Below are positions 40,401 to 53,000 of a stretch of DNA of 64,000 bases, piece by piece (position 1 is the first letter of the stretch; each line of letters begins with the position of its first letter). Under the pieces are notes generated by a model that was not told the origin of the DNA, searched no databases, and saw nothing but the letters and a program-made list of their open reading frames with translations. The translations under genes and the position numbers were made by a program. Where the stretch lies: assembly GCF_023055435.1 (NCBI RefSeq), contig NW_025964001.1, forward strand, positions 43,400,001-43,464,000, given 5' to 3'. The stretch comes from Haliotis rufescens. Lineage: Eukaryota.

Positions 40401-41316
40401 TACTTACAGATATTAAAGGTGCGTGACAGTAAATATGACCAAATATAATACATATTGAATTTTTTAAGTTTCAACCACATGACTGGTTGAACAAGTACTA
40501 TAACTACTAAAGAATAAATGAATACAATTTACTAAGATGCATTTCGCGTTTATAAATTCATAGCATAGGTTTTCCAAATTTCATCCTCCACGGCACGGCT
40601 TCCATGTCACTGCTCTTGCTGTCAGATGCCAGAATACCATGGTAATTGTGATAATTTGGTCTACCTATTTTATGGCATCTTCATAAATAATCTTACATCC
40701 CAGAAACAAGTAACACGTAATCACAAAACACTGTCCATTGAGAACATAAATACATTTTTCTGAACGATAGTACCCCACTGGTTGTCAAAAGTATTTTAAA
40801 GATAAAGGAGGTGAACACATACCTTTCGAAAGGTCCTATGGTTGTCAGTTGTCAGTCATGAACCGATAAACCTAACCGATCATATTATTCCGAAATAAGC
40901 CAACTGTTACGATAGTAAACAGTGGTTGTATACTTGGTCCCGTCTAGCATTGGTGGTTACGCACGCGTTTCGAAAGCAGAACTAGTTCATGAGTTGGGCA
41001 TGTCATCGGAAATGCTGGGTCCGGTAGTAGCGCTTCGCGAGACTGACGGGCCTTCCCTATACGATGGGGATTTATCATGGTTTCATAGTTGCGTTTTTGA
41101 TCTTACGTTTGCAGTATTTCGGCGACTGTTACAGTCTAGTAACGTTTTCATATAAAAAGTTTGTAATGTTATTGTCAAATCTAATCTTCAAGTGTATACT
41201 TTCTTTTGCCCGTCGGTGTGCCCTTTTAGGAGATCAACATGACCTACATATACACATATATATGTGGTGTTGTTCCAGTCCCCTATGACCTGTGGAAAAT
41301 GTTTCTTGATCATGAA

Positions 41317-41666
41317 GACCGGCTCCTTGGTCTAGTGGTAGAGCGTCCGCCCGGAGTTCGACCCCCGGCCGCGTCATACCAAAAGACATCAAAAGATGGT
41401 ACTTGTTGTTATCCTGTCTGACGCCCGACATTAAGGGGCTAAAACAAGGACTGGTCGGCTCGTAAAAAGTTTACTGTATCTGAGTCGGTCATTCATGCTA
41501 AACTGCGGCATGGTATCTCAGTGTGCTAGAACTATAAATCGGCATCAGTCCGGACTAGTACAAGCAGCCGCACATACACACACGTGCATGCACGTCGCTA
41601 TATAAATTGCAATAATCTTGGACGAGATGTGAAACCCCATTTCACCTCACCTCACCTCACCTCACC
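41317..41666 (+). mobile_element. SINE family 4 with (CACCT)n tail; other copies at 30140-30498(-) and about 9965-10268(-)
   Basis: A box tggtctagtggtagagcg, B box gttcgacccc, 11-bp TSD tcttgatcatg at 41304 and 41667. Confidence 0.85.
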
Positions 41667-41845
41667 TCTTGATCATGGATTGTACACTATGAACAGCGTC
41701 AAACACATATCTATAACTTATAACAACTGGTATTCAAATGTAGAGAGAAAACTTTCATAGTACTATTTATTAAATTGTATGCCTCATTATGTAATGGGTT
41801 ATTAGTGTTCCGTTACTAATATGCAGAGTTTCTTCCTACGCCTCT

Positions 41846-42495
41846 ATTAATCTTGGGTTCGTGTCACGTTTTGCCTGACTATTAATAATTTTTCGTCATC
41901 ACTACGTCATCAGCGTCATGGATCTGCAACTTCCGCCAAACACCGTGGTATTATTGAAATAATGTTCGACGAGGCGTTTTAACCTAACTCATTCACTCAT
42001 TCCAAATGTAGCGCATTTGTGTATCTGGCACAGAAAATACTGATCTTTCTTGGTGGAGATGGAACGCAAATCAATTGCCCATATGTTTGTGATAACATCA
42101 TTTATCATATAGTTAATCACATTAATGACATGATAAGTATTTATATACGCAGAAGATGACGATAGAATCCATTAATCTTGGGTTCGTGTCACGTTTTGCC
42201 TGACTATTAATAATTTTTCGTCATCACTACGTCATCAGCGTCATGGATCTGCAACTTCCGCCAAACACCGTGGTATTATTGAAATAATGTTCGACGAGGC
42301 GTTTTAACTCAACTCATTCACTCATTCCAAATGTAGCGCACGGAAGATACTGAGTTTACTTGGAGGAGATGCAACGCAAATTAATTACTCATATCTTTGA
42401 GGTAGCATCATTTGTCATACAATCTACCACATTCATGACATGATAAGTATTTAAACACACAGAAGAGGACGTTACTAAACTTCTATCACCCCATT
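41846..42495 (+). repeat. ~325-bp tandem duplication upstream of gene E; partially duplicated homolog at about 25590-26100 upstream of D
   Basis: attaatcttgggttcgtgtcacg at 41846 and 42171; near-identical units. Confidence 0.9.
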
Positions 42496-42614
42496 ACATG
42501 ATGAAAGCGTGGTGTTCCACATTTTGAACGTATCTCTAACACCGTGGCACTCATGTGATAACCTTGGTTGTTCAGGACTGTTCCCATAAGTTAACTGATG
42601 CATCACCATAGTGC

Positions 42615-45600
42615 ATGTTAAACATGAGCAGTATGGGAAAGGCTGGTAGCTCCAAAGCAAACGTTATTGATGAAGATTATAATGATGCCAAGAGTGTGCC
42701 CTTGCTAAGGGCTATGGTGACTTGCGGGATAGTATCGGTGATTTATATGTCTGGTGTCATATCCTTCTCGCCATTTCTCAGCCAGTTCATCCGGCAGCGT
42801 ATTGCTGAGTCCTACACTTACAACACAAACGAAAGTTTCAGCACTGGAAACATTTGCGACCGAAATAAAAGCAACCATGATAATCTGATTGGAATCAAGA
42901 TCCAACAACAGTCGTCGGATATCCTGCTGTACTTATCACTCTCTGGATCCATTGCTTCCATCTTCATCAACCTAGTCATTGGATCCTACTCCGACTTCCT
43001 TGGCCGGAAATTCCTATTCTTCATACCCACCCTAGGGGCTGTCCTGAAAGGAACAATGTTGTGTCTTGTAATAGCGTTTCGATTTCCCCTTGGCTGGTTA
43101 TATTTGGGCTATGTTTTGGAAGGTCTCACTGGGTCGTTCAGCGGATATCTCCTGGCTGTGTTTGCATACACGGCAGATGTGACTGAGCCTGGAAAGAAAC
43201 GCACTGTCATGATAGCTCTGGTGGAGGGTAGCTTTGCTGTGGCAGGGTCTATTGGTCAATTGGCCGTTGGATTCATCATACATAATGTCAACTACCTGTA
43301 CGCTGCGATAATGATTACTGCCATCTTTGGTCTGGGACTGATCTTGGTAATAACACTCCTGCCTGAAACTATGACCAATAAGGTGGAGAAACGGTGGTCT
43401 CCACTGCCACACATCAAGAAGGTTTTTGGATTCTTCTTCACACGAGGCTCAGGTAAACAGCGAGCCATGTATATACTAGCACTCCTTATATTCTTTTTTG
43501 GAACGTTCCAAATGCTTGGACGGTCAAATGTAGAAACTTTGTATCAACTAGACAAACCATTTTGTTGGAGCTCTCTGAAAATCGGCTACTATGGTGCAAT
43601 CAAACTGTCCTTCAGTGTTGTATGTGGCCTAGTTGGACTCAAGCTTTTACAGCCTTGCTTCCGAGACATGACAATTGCATTAATAGGACTGGCCTTCGGC
43701 GCAGCATCCTTCGTGGTGGAGGGACTTGCCGTCAGTGATTGGATGCTGTATTTAGGTATGTTTTGTGAGGAGTGTGACCATCTTCATTACATTAAAACCG
43801 CCATACTGAACATAAATTCATGTTAAATCTTAATAGTGATATAACAATAGGTGTTTACGATTAGATTCTCTCCGTAGTTATATATTTATTTTGTGCCCTA
43901 AAATTTCGTTTATAAATGTGAACACATAGGTCACAATGACCTGTTCTAGGGATGACTATATTGCGGAAGAACTTTTACTCATTGTACTTTTGAGGTTGAA
44001 CTGCTTTGCAATTGCGTATATTGACTTGTACCGTATGTTCCTATGTTTGTTCAGGTGAATACTTGACTTGCTTTTGCATGTGTTTGTGACTGGACCCACC
44101 AGTGGGGCAGGATAAACTCGCCTTTTCGCGAAGACCTAGTGTCATCACTTATTGCTAGCGATTCATAATCACATGCTTCTGACATTGTCGGAATCGTATT
44201 AGATTTCTTATGATTATGGAAATGGTTTTCTTGGCTTTTATGTACATATAAAAGAATGCATAAGCATGTGTATATATTCATATTTAAAACCTAGTCTGAG
44301 TTCACTACTTGCAGTCCGTTATTGGTGTCAACCTCCGTGATATTGCTGGCATAAAGCTAAAAGAAGTCCAGAGCCACTCACACAAGCTTCCAAATAGAGT
44401 TGGAGTCCTCTTGATCACCAGACACAAATAATCTGAATGTGGGTACGGGGGATAACAAGCCTTTCTACAGGACATTCCCGAGAGCGTGGACAGTTGAATC
44501 AACTTCAATTACTGAATTATCTGGACAAACCCGAATATTTGCAATCTGGTGTAATATGCAATGAAGATTTATGACGTGAAAATACATTCAGTTGACTTCA
44601 CTTCGCGTCCAGGTTGGACCTTGACACATTATGCTGACTTGAGAAAAGAAATTCATACCCGTTTCTACTCTCGGTTTCTCTGGATTCCAGGTTCAAGTGT
44701 TTATTGTATCCAAAGCGATATGACCCAAATTTCATGAAAATAAATAATACTCTTGTTTGTTTTCACAAAAATCATCATTATTCACATTTATTAGAATGAG
44801 TGACAACCTATGACAAAAGACGTCAAATCCAAAATAACCAATATTTTCGTTGCAGTCCCACTGATCTCCATCTTATCATTTACCGTTGTCCCTGTTGCAC
44901 GATCAGTTATGTCAAAGATGACGTCCCCGATGGAACAAGGTAAAACAACAAGACAGACATCTTTCCGAACATTCCATTTTATTTGAATTTGCATTAACAA
45001 CAATCGTCTCATTGTAGCCAAATGTTTAATTAGGGACTCGCATGTGTGGGTAATGAAATCCCCACAGTCCCCATTTTTTTCTAACAAGCAATTAAGACCG
45101 ATAAATAATCAACGTAATGTATTTCATAAACAAAGATTCGTTCTCAAATTGCGTTTTAATGCGGACGGGTATACTGTCTAGCAAGTGATAGGAGAAGCCG
45201 ACATACGATCACGTGATTTACCTATCCTGATAGATACAACCTTGTATTTGAACGATATCCAAATGAGATAACATATTAATAAATGTATGCATTACTCCAG
45301 GAATGATAATATAACAATATCACCACACAAATAGTGTACTGCCTGCGTGGACAAGATGATGGACTGAGATCTTTGCCATGTTGTTGCAGGCGCTCTGTTC
45401 TCCAGCATTGCTGTCATGGAGAGTATCTGTAGCACGCTGTCGGCAACGATGTACAACACCGTCTATCACGCTACTGTTGACTCTTTGAGAGGAGCGGTTT
45501 TCATCGTAATGGTCGGAATCGCAATTATCTGTGCTGCTTGTATTATGTAAGAACTATGGCTGATTAACGTTCATGAAATGATTGTTATGAAGAATCATAT

Positions 45601-46272
45601 ATAACCCCTTTCATCAATACAGCTGATCAGTAATTATCAATATTGTTTGGTTTACTGGTATTGTCCTGTAAATTCATTGTATATCACCTAAAAGTATTTC
45701 ATTGAAAGGTTATTCACAAAGCATTAACTATGGTTTTAACGATTTACTGTATCGGTACATTGCTATGTTATGTGACAAACTAATTTTACTAAATGTGGAC
45801 AAATGTCAAGAAGCAGTTTGATGCATTCAGTTTGCTGAATCTGTTTTTGTTGGGCCTGTTGTTTTTTTCATCCGAGAAAAGGAAATGGTTCCCAAATAAG
45901 TATCTATATCGTGATGTCATGATACTCCGTGTGTCCCTACTGTAGGTTTAGCAAGCATTATTCTCAATGTTCAATGTTGCTCCACGTCTATGGTTTATGA
46001 AAACATATTTTATAAACGTCACCATACGAAAATTAAAATAATAATATTTAACCTTCATCAGTAATTAGCCAAGGATCGTGGTTACAAATGCAGTTGTGCC
46101 TTTGTATACTTTCATGTGGACAGCGTTCTTAACCGGGTAATTTGGCACTTTCTGTCACGTCTTTGTTTATGTTGACAGTGCATTCCTCTTCATCTCGAGA
46201 GAAGACACACAAGTATCGGAGTCTGGTGTTGTGCCTCCAACCAAAGTCCAACTGAAGTCACTAAACAAGTAG
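42615..46272 (+). CDS. Gene E: SLC46-family transporter, about 491 aa; exons 42615-43755, 44856-44939, 45390-45546, 46179-46272
   Basis: In-frame splice of 1476 nt; close paralog of D and F. Confidence 0.92.
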
Positions 46273-46344
46273 CGATGACACCATGAAAGTTATCCTGATG
46301 TATCTAACCCGTGACCCAAGCAGTTTATTCTAAAGACATCATAT

Positions 46345-46572
46345 AATATTTGTTTCTTACACACCTGTGGGTAAGAAACCCATTTGAGATAACTGGTATC
46401 AAACATATGTGTGAGATCGAATTCCAGGCCCGTGATGAGCTACTCCATGGTGATGACCTGAGGTCAAATGATGACGGACTACTTTTCTGATTGTAAATCA
46501 TTGATAAGTTGCTCGTGCTTCAGTCGAATGTTCACCTACGCCTTGTTGAACCACATGACCGTGTATTAATTG

Positions 46573-46607
<35 letters not shown>

Positions 46608-48172
46608 CAAACTCGTCCTCGCCTGCGAGTTTGTTTGTTATTATTATTAGTTACATTATCTGCTGTTATGTCAACGTTATCATTTTTTAAAGTGTAATGC
46701 ACTCCCCTGGATGCCACAGCGACACATATGTCCCCCCTCTTAAACCCTCACTTCGAAGTCGAACAAAATTCAAAATACGTCACGCAAACTAATACACTTC
46801 GCAGTTTTGAATTCACTCTTCTGTTTATCATTAGGTACATTGTAAATCTAGCCAAATCACAATAAACGGCGTTATTTACTGTGTGTTTTGAAATCTAAAT
46901 ATTGGATATTTACTCGAATAATTAAAGTAGAAAAGTAGCATATTAGTGATCACGGGTATCAAATTACTAATGATAATTCTGCAACGTCGCTGATAAGCCT
47001 ACAATCGTTTAGAATGTTTTGGAAAATACGCATTCACGAACGCATAGTGTACGTTCCGCCATATTGGATTGTGTTTACAAAATGCCGGTTATGAGACGCC
47101 TATTCGATCAGGTATATTTCAAACTCAGATGCTATACATGCATCCCTGAATTCCTCATATATGTTAGAAACAAATGACAAATTTGTCACCAATGCAAATT
47201 AGCTAGATGAAATCATGCGAAATAAATAAGTTGTGGAAACGAACACTGTGCTCGGATAACTGTACTTGCTGAAATATAAGCAAAGCAAAAGATTTTACAC
47301 TGTGTTGCATGTTTAGAGGTACTTTTGTCTAATTGTCGCATGCATTGGCTCCATAACGCGTTTGAGAATATACATGGGAAGAGTGTCGTTGCACTAATAA
47401 TGGAATTCCAAATATAAACATTACAATGATGTGGTAAATTCAATAGAAACCGTACAAGTGTGACGCCATGGCTGACGCTAAATCACACACAACGACGACG
47501 GTAGTTATCAGCATTTCTGACTAATTCTCTTTGTTACATTGGAAAAAATGATAAACAAATAACAGTAAGCAGATTGTCAGAATGTTTCTGATTACTTACG
47601 TGACACATTTATGTATATACGATCCCTCAATCAACGAAAATCCTTCTCTGGAAATCCCGCGTACTGTTGTCAATGTACACGCCATTTTGCAAAAGTCGGT
47701 CACCGGTAATGATGTCATACAGAAGTTAACATTGTTGTACTTATTTGGTAATTTCTTTGAGGTGTAAACTTTTAACTCTGCATCCAGCGTGTTCTTTGTT
47801 TTTGTCTTGTTTGCATTATCATCATCGCCTTGATAATTAATCCACAGACATGTCGGAAACCTTTTTGTGTAGGGTCTCATTATTTATGAGTAGTAAGCAG
47901 TACATGGAACGACGTAACTTGTGACAATGGTTTTATGTATTAATGCGCCACTGCGATCATGAGAATATACAAAATGCATCGATCCGATGCTAAAAAGGTG
48001 CGATTTTAGGGTGTGTAAGAAACAGATTACTGTACTCGTGTATGTCAGATACCATTGATCTTACAACTCGTTGTTACACAGCGTATCTAACTCGCTTTCG
48101 CTCGTTAGATACGTTTTGACACAACTCGTTGTAAGATCAATGGTATCTGACTGACACTCGTGTAGTAACCTC
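46345..48172 (+). mobile_element. Non-autonomous insertion with 15-bp IR and terminal ~150-bp hairpin (X1)
   Basis: tgtttcttacacacc at 46351-46365 and ggtgtgtaagaaaca at 48010-48024; hairpin at 48024-48171; empty site in the D unit near 34480. Confidence 0.75.
46573..46603. repeat. (AAT)n microsatellite
   Basis: Read directly from the sequence. Confidence 0.95.
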
Positions 48173-49235
48173 AGACTGTCTGTAACTATGATACGTGGAG
48201 AACAAGATCAAACATTTGAGTACTAAATGAATGGATATGAATTAATAAATACATATTGATTAAGTCTGCATTCTTCATCTATTTGCAGCAGAATTAATTT
48301 TAAGTAGTTACACGTAACTTCAAGTAGTAAGTTACGTTGACCACAGGAACGTGCCTTGATCCTGCCCAATTAGAGATTTCAAATCAGAATACATGTAACG
48401 TGTGATCTACTTTAATAATTTAGTTACACATACATATATATTTGCATTGCTTTTATGATTTTCTTCCTTAAAAGAGCTTCAGGTGGCCCAGTAATCTAAG
48501 GAGCAATTCCCTGTGCTGATTAGTGCCCCCTGTTATACTGGGCTCGAAATATGATTTTGCCCTGATTTTGATTCTTTGTAATTCAGCACCATTCCGTGCC
48601 CGTGAGTTTCACCATAGAGATCAGCGTTTACTACCTGTATCACTTCATATTAAACATCAAACTGAGATAAACACACCCCTGCGTCCGTGCTTGCAGTCTG
48701 CCGGAACAACACAGCACACGCCGTACTGTTGAAAACGCAAGCCGTCAACTTGATGTGACGTCACATAAAAGCAAATACACGAAGACAGGCGTTGGATGGT
48801 TATTCAACACCACTACTACCACCTGTTTTCTTTAAAAAAAATATTATATATATATGTGCACACGTTGTACATATATCCTGCTTGATAATAATGACGTTAA
48901 ATATACCTCGAATCACTCTTTAATAAAACGGTTTCATATTATCAATGGTGTCATGGGCCCATAGTACATGTCTGGTAATGGGTGTATAAGATCATAAAGT
49001 AACATATTTGGAACGTCTTAGGTTCTTCCACACTATCAAACATCCATACTAGCTTGTCATTAAATGTCATCAAATTGTGTGGAAAATGTTTGAAAGCAAC
49101 AACATGTAAATATGACCCTGATGTGAATATGCACGTATGCAATATGATGTATCAATCGAGTGTGTCCCATATCTATCAATGGTAGGCATCATATGATAAC
49201 GTGGATTCGTAATAACCTATATACACAAGGCCTGG

Positions 49236-49625
49236 ATGGAGGACGACAACATTCACCACGGACGTGAGACAGAACCAACCCATCATCAAAGATGGCCGCG
49301 TCCAGAAGACGACCAGTTCGGCCGTCTGTTACGATCTCCAGATGTAGATCCAGAGAGACGCGACCAACCTCAACATGCACCTAAGACCTGTATTACAGTC
49401 ATTACAGCCATGAAAGAGGTGTTCTGTTTGTATTTTAGGAAAACGTCCACTGGTAACCGTGTCCTATTCTGGATCTGCATAAGTGTATTCTTGTTTAAGA
49501 AGATAGACATGCATGGTACAGTAAATACAGTATATGTTGAGTCCTCCATTGCTGAGATTCTGTCAGACTGGGCATCTGTGGTGCCCTGAAACTACGATGT
49601 CTACTACAGCTGTCTCGTCTTCCAC
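49236..49625 (+). pseudogene. psi-G2: more deleted copy of gene G exon 1
   Basis: MEDDNIHHGRETEP start, then ...FRKTSTGNRVLFWICISVFLFKKIDMHGTVN, with frameshifts and large deletions. Confidence 0.85.
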
Positions 49626-50032
49626 TTCGTGATAAACGTGATGGACCTGCTACAATTCTGACTTCTTTCCAACACCATCGTACAGCTACAATAATTTTCG
49701 AAGCGGCGTTAAACCCATTTACTCACACTTTCCAAATGTAGCACATTTGTGTATCCGGCACCGAAGATACCTATCTCACTTGGAGTAGATGTAACCCAAT
49801 AAATTACTCGTATCTTTGAGATAGCATCATTTGTCATGCAGTGTACCACATTCATATCATGGTAAGTATCTAAACACACAAATGACATTACTAAACTACT
49901 ATCATCCCATCTCATGATCTTCAACATGGTGTTCCATTTTTGAACGTATCTCTAACACCGTTGCACTCACATGATAACCGGTGTTGTTGTAGACTAAGCT
50001 AACATAAGCTAACTGATGCATCACCATAGTGC

Positions 50033-53000
50033 ATGTTAAACATGAGCAGTATGGGAGCTGGTAGCACCAAAGCTAACGATATTTATGAAGATGATAATGA
50101 TGCCAAGAGTGTGCCCTTGCTAAGGGCTATGGTGACTTGCGGGATAGTATCGGTGGTTTATATGGCTGGTGTCATATCCTTCTCGCCACTTCTCGCCCAG
50201 TTCGTAAGGAAGCGGATTTCTGAGTCCTACACTAACAACACAAACGAAAGTTTCAGCACTGGAAACATTTGCAGCAGAAATAAAAGCAACCATGATAATC
50301 TGATTGGAATCAAGATCCAACAACAGTCGTCGGATATCCTGCTGTACTTATCACTCTCTGGATCCATTGTTTCCATCTTCATCAACCTAGTCATTGGATC
50401 CTACTCCGACTTTCTTGGCCGGAAATTCCTATTCTTCATACCCACCCTAGGGGCTGTCCTGAAAGGAACAATGTTGTGTCTTGTAATAGCGTTTCGATTT
50501 CCCCTTGGCTGGTTATATTTGGGCTATGTTTTGGAAGGTCTCACTGGGTCGGTCAGCGGATATCTCCTGGCTGTGTTTGCATACACGGCAGATGTGACTG
50601 AGCCTGGAAAGAAACGCACTGTCATGATAGCTCTGGTGGAGGGTTGCTTTGCTGTGGCAGGGTCTATTGGTCAATTGGCCGTTGGATTCATCATACATAG
50701 TGTCAACTACCTGTACGCTGCTATAATGATTACTGCCATCTCTGGTCTGGGACTGATCTTGGTAATAACACTCCTGCCTGAAACAATGACCAATAAGATG
50801 GAGAAACGGTGGTCTCCGCTGCCACACATCAAGAAGGTTTTTGGATTCTTCTTCACACGAGGCTCAGGTAAACAGCGAGCCATGTATATACTAGCACTCC
50901 TTATATTCTTTTTTGGAACGTTCCAAATGCTTGGACGGCCAAATGTAGAAACTTTGTATCAACTAGACAAACCATTTTGTTGGAACTCTCTGAAAATCGG
51001 CTACTATGGTGCTATCAGACTGTCCTTCAGTGTTGTATGTAGCCTAGTTGGACTCAAGCTTTTACAATCTTGCTTCCGAGACATGACAATTGCGTTGATA
51101 GGAATGGCTTTCGGTGCAGCATCCTTCGTGGTGGAGGGACTGGCCGTCAACGATTGGATGCTGTATTTAGGTAGGTTTTGTGAGGTTTCAGACATCTTCC
51201 TTAGATTAATACCACCATACTGAACATGAAATCATTATAATTTCATAATTTCAAGTTAACACTGTTTCTTTACTGCTGATTGGCTGAATGGATAGTCACG
51301 AGATCTGACATTTGGAGTTCACAAACCTGTGAACGGACAGAAAAGTTCATACGATGTGAACAGTTTTTGTGTGAAATTGATCGTGTGAACTTTTATTGGA
51401 ACTACTTTCCGGGGTTTCCCCGAATTCTCGATCGGTGTTTACAATAAACTCGTTTTTCTATTTTCATTTTAAGCCCAGCGTTTATCAGCAATATAATTAA
51501 TTTAGTATTTTGCCTGCACTTGTAATATTGCATCTGACTTGAAATAAATAATAGCTTTGGTTCTGGTGTTTAATGTAGCTGCTAGATGAAACAAAATGGA
51601 TTGTCCTTACGGTGATTTGGATATGGAATGGCTATCTATCAATACTAATAACGCAAGTTAAGAAAATGAAATCTGTAAAATTACTGAGGTGAACGAAATC
51701 GATTTATTGAGCGATATTTCCTTTGATGCCTTGTTTTCGGAAATGACAGGAATCTAGCACCAAGACAATTGCGAATGAAAACAATGTCGTACCCTGCTCA
51801 GATACGGCCGCCGACACAGATCAAAGCGTCTGCTCCTGATCAATCCCAAACTAAGACCCGATTCACTACCGTATCGGGAAACAAATCCAAGATTTTGAGA
51901 AACCCTAAAACACAAACAGGTAAAGAAAGAAACTTAAATATAAAAAATAAAAAAAAATAAACCGTGCCTACCTGTTTTACCGACTGGTCACTGGAGACGA
52001 GAAAATATCTGAAGACGGAATTACTATTCCGGTTTCTGAGTTGGCCGACCTTCTCCGTGCATTCTTGGCCGAGAAGCGGCGGCACTCGAGAAATGACGGG
52101 GCACAGAAATGAATCTGGCATCAGGTCATACAGTAGGTCCATCTCAGGTGACAAGAAACACCAGCTGAGCAACGTATTACAGCACACACGACAAATCCCA
52201 AACTCCAAATATAACACGCCCTGACGTTGAAGATTAACACAAAACATACAAGTTTCAGAGCACTTCATTCAATCCCCATCAGTCCATTCCACATCGTCCG
52301 AATTGGTTTGCGATTATCCAAACACAAGCAACACATTCATAAATCAGTGATATTCCCAATTTGCTAGTTCCATGGGAGGGTTCATGCGTCGGGGTGTTTT
52401 CCATAACTGTTCCATAAACTTCTTTCTCAACAGCAGTAAGTATCCATTTCGACTCGAAATGCACCCTTTTACAAACTTATGTGACGTCATATATAAATCC
52501 ACACTTGATGGTTGACCTCGCCTCGGTGCATTGAGGTCATGTTTAGATTTTTGTTCGGTTTCCTGTTACGGTAACCTTATTTTAACTTGATTAATCCCAA
52601 ATATTGTTTGTCAGTTTGTTCAGAGAATAAAATTATGTTGATGTTGACATATTTTCACATTGTTGCAATGTTCTTCGGCGAAACCAGTGGACGTCAAATT
52701 TCAGCAAACTTTGTTACAATATTATTCAGCGAGACAAGTAAACTACACAGTATGAAATTATAAGGATTGAAAGTCAGTGTGGATGGGTTTATTGAAGTGT
52801 GAACCCCGCAAGCTCGGATGTTCACACAGTTTAACCAGCGCTTTTAAATGGTTCACACTTCAATGAATCCATCCAAACTGACGTCAATTATTAATTAAAC
52901 CGGGCGGTCGGGTAGCCGAGTGGTTAAAGCGTTCGTTCGTCACGCCGAAGACCCGGGTTCGATTCCCGACATGGGTACAATGTGTGAAGCCCATTTCCGG

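Noticed and set aside
40413-41230. Kolobok-like element (ttaaagg start)
   Set aside because: No matching right TIR could be identified.
26712-50827. Conserved antisense ORFs of 104 aa (26712-27026, 43098-43412, 50513-50827) and 67 aa (26319, 42705, 50120)
   Set aside because: They are shadows of the near-identical D/E/F exons; their conservation is fully explained by the sense-strand gene.
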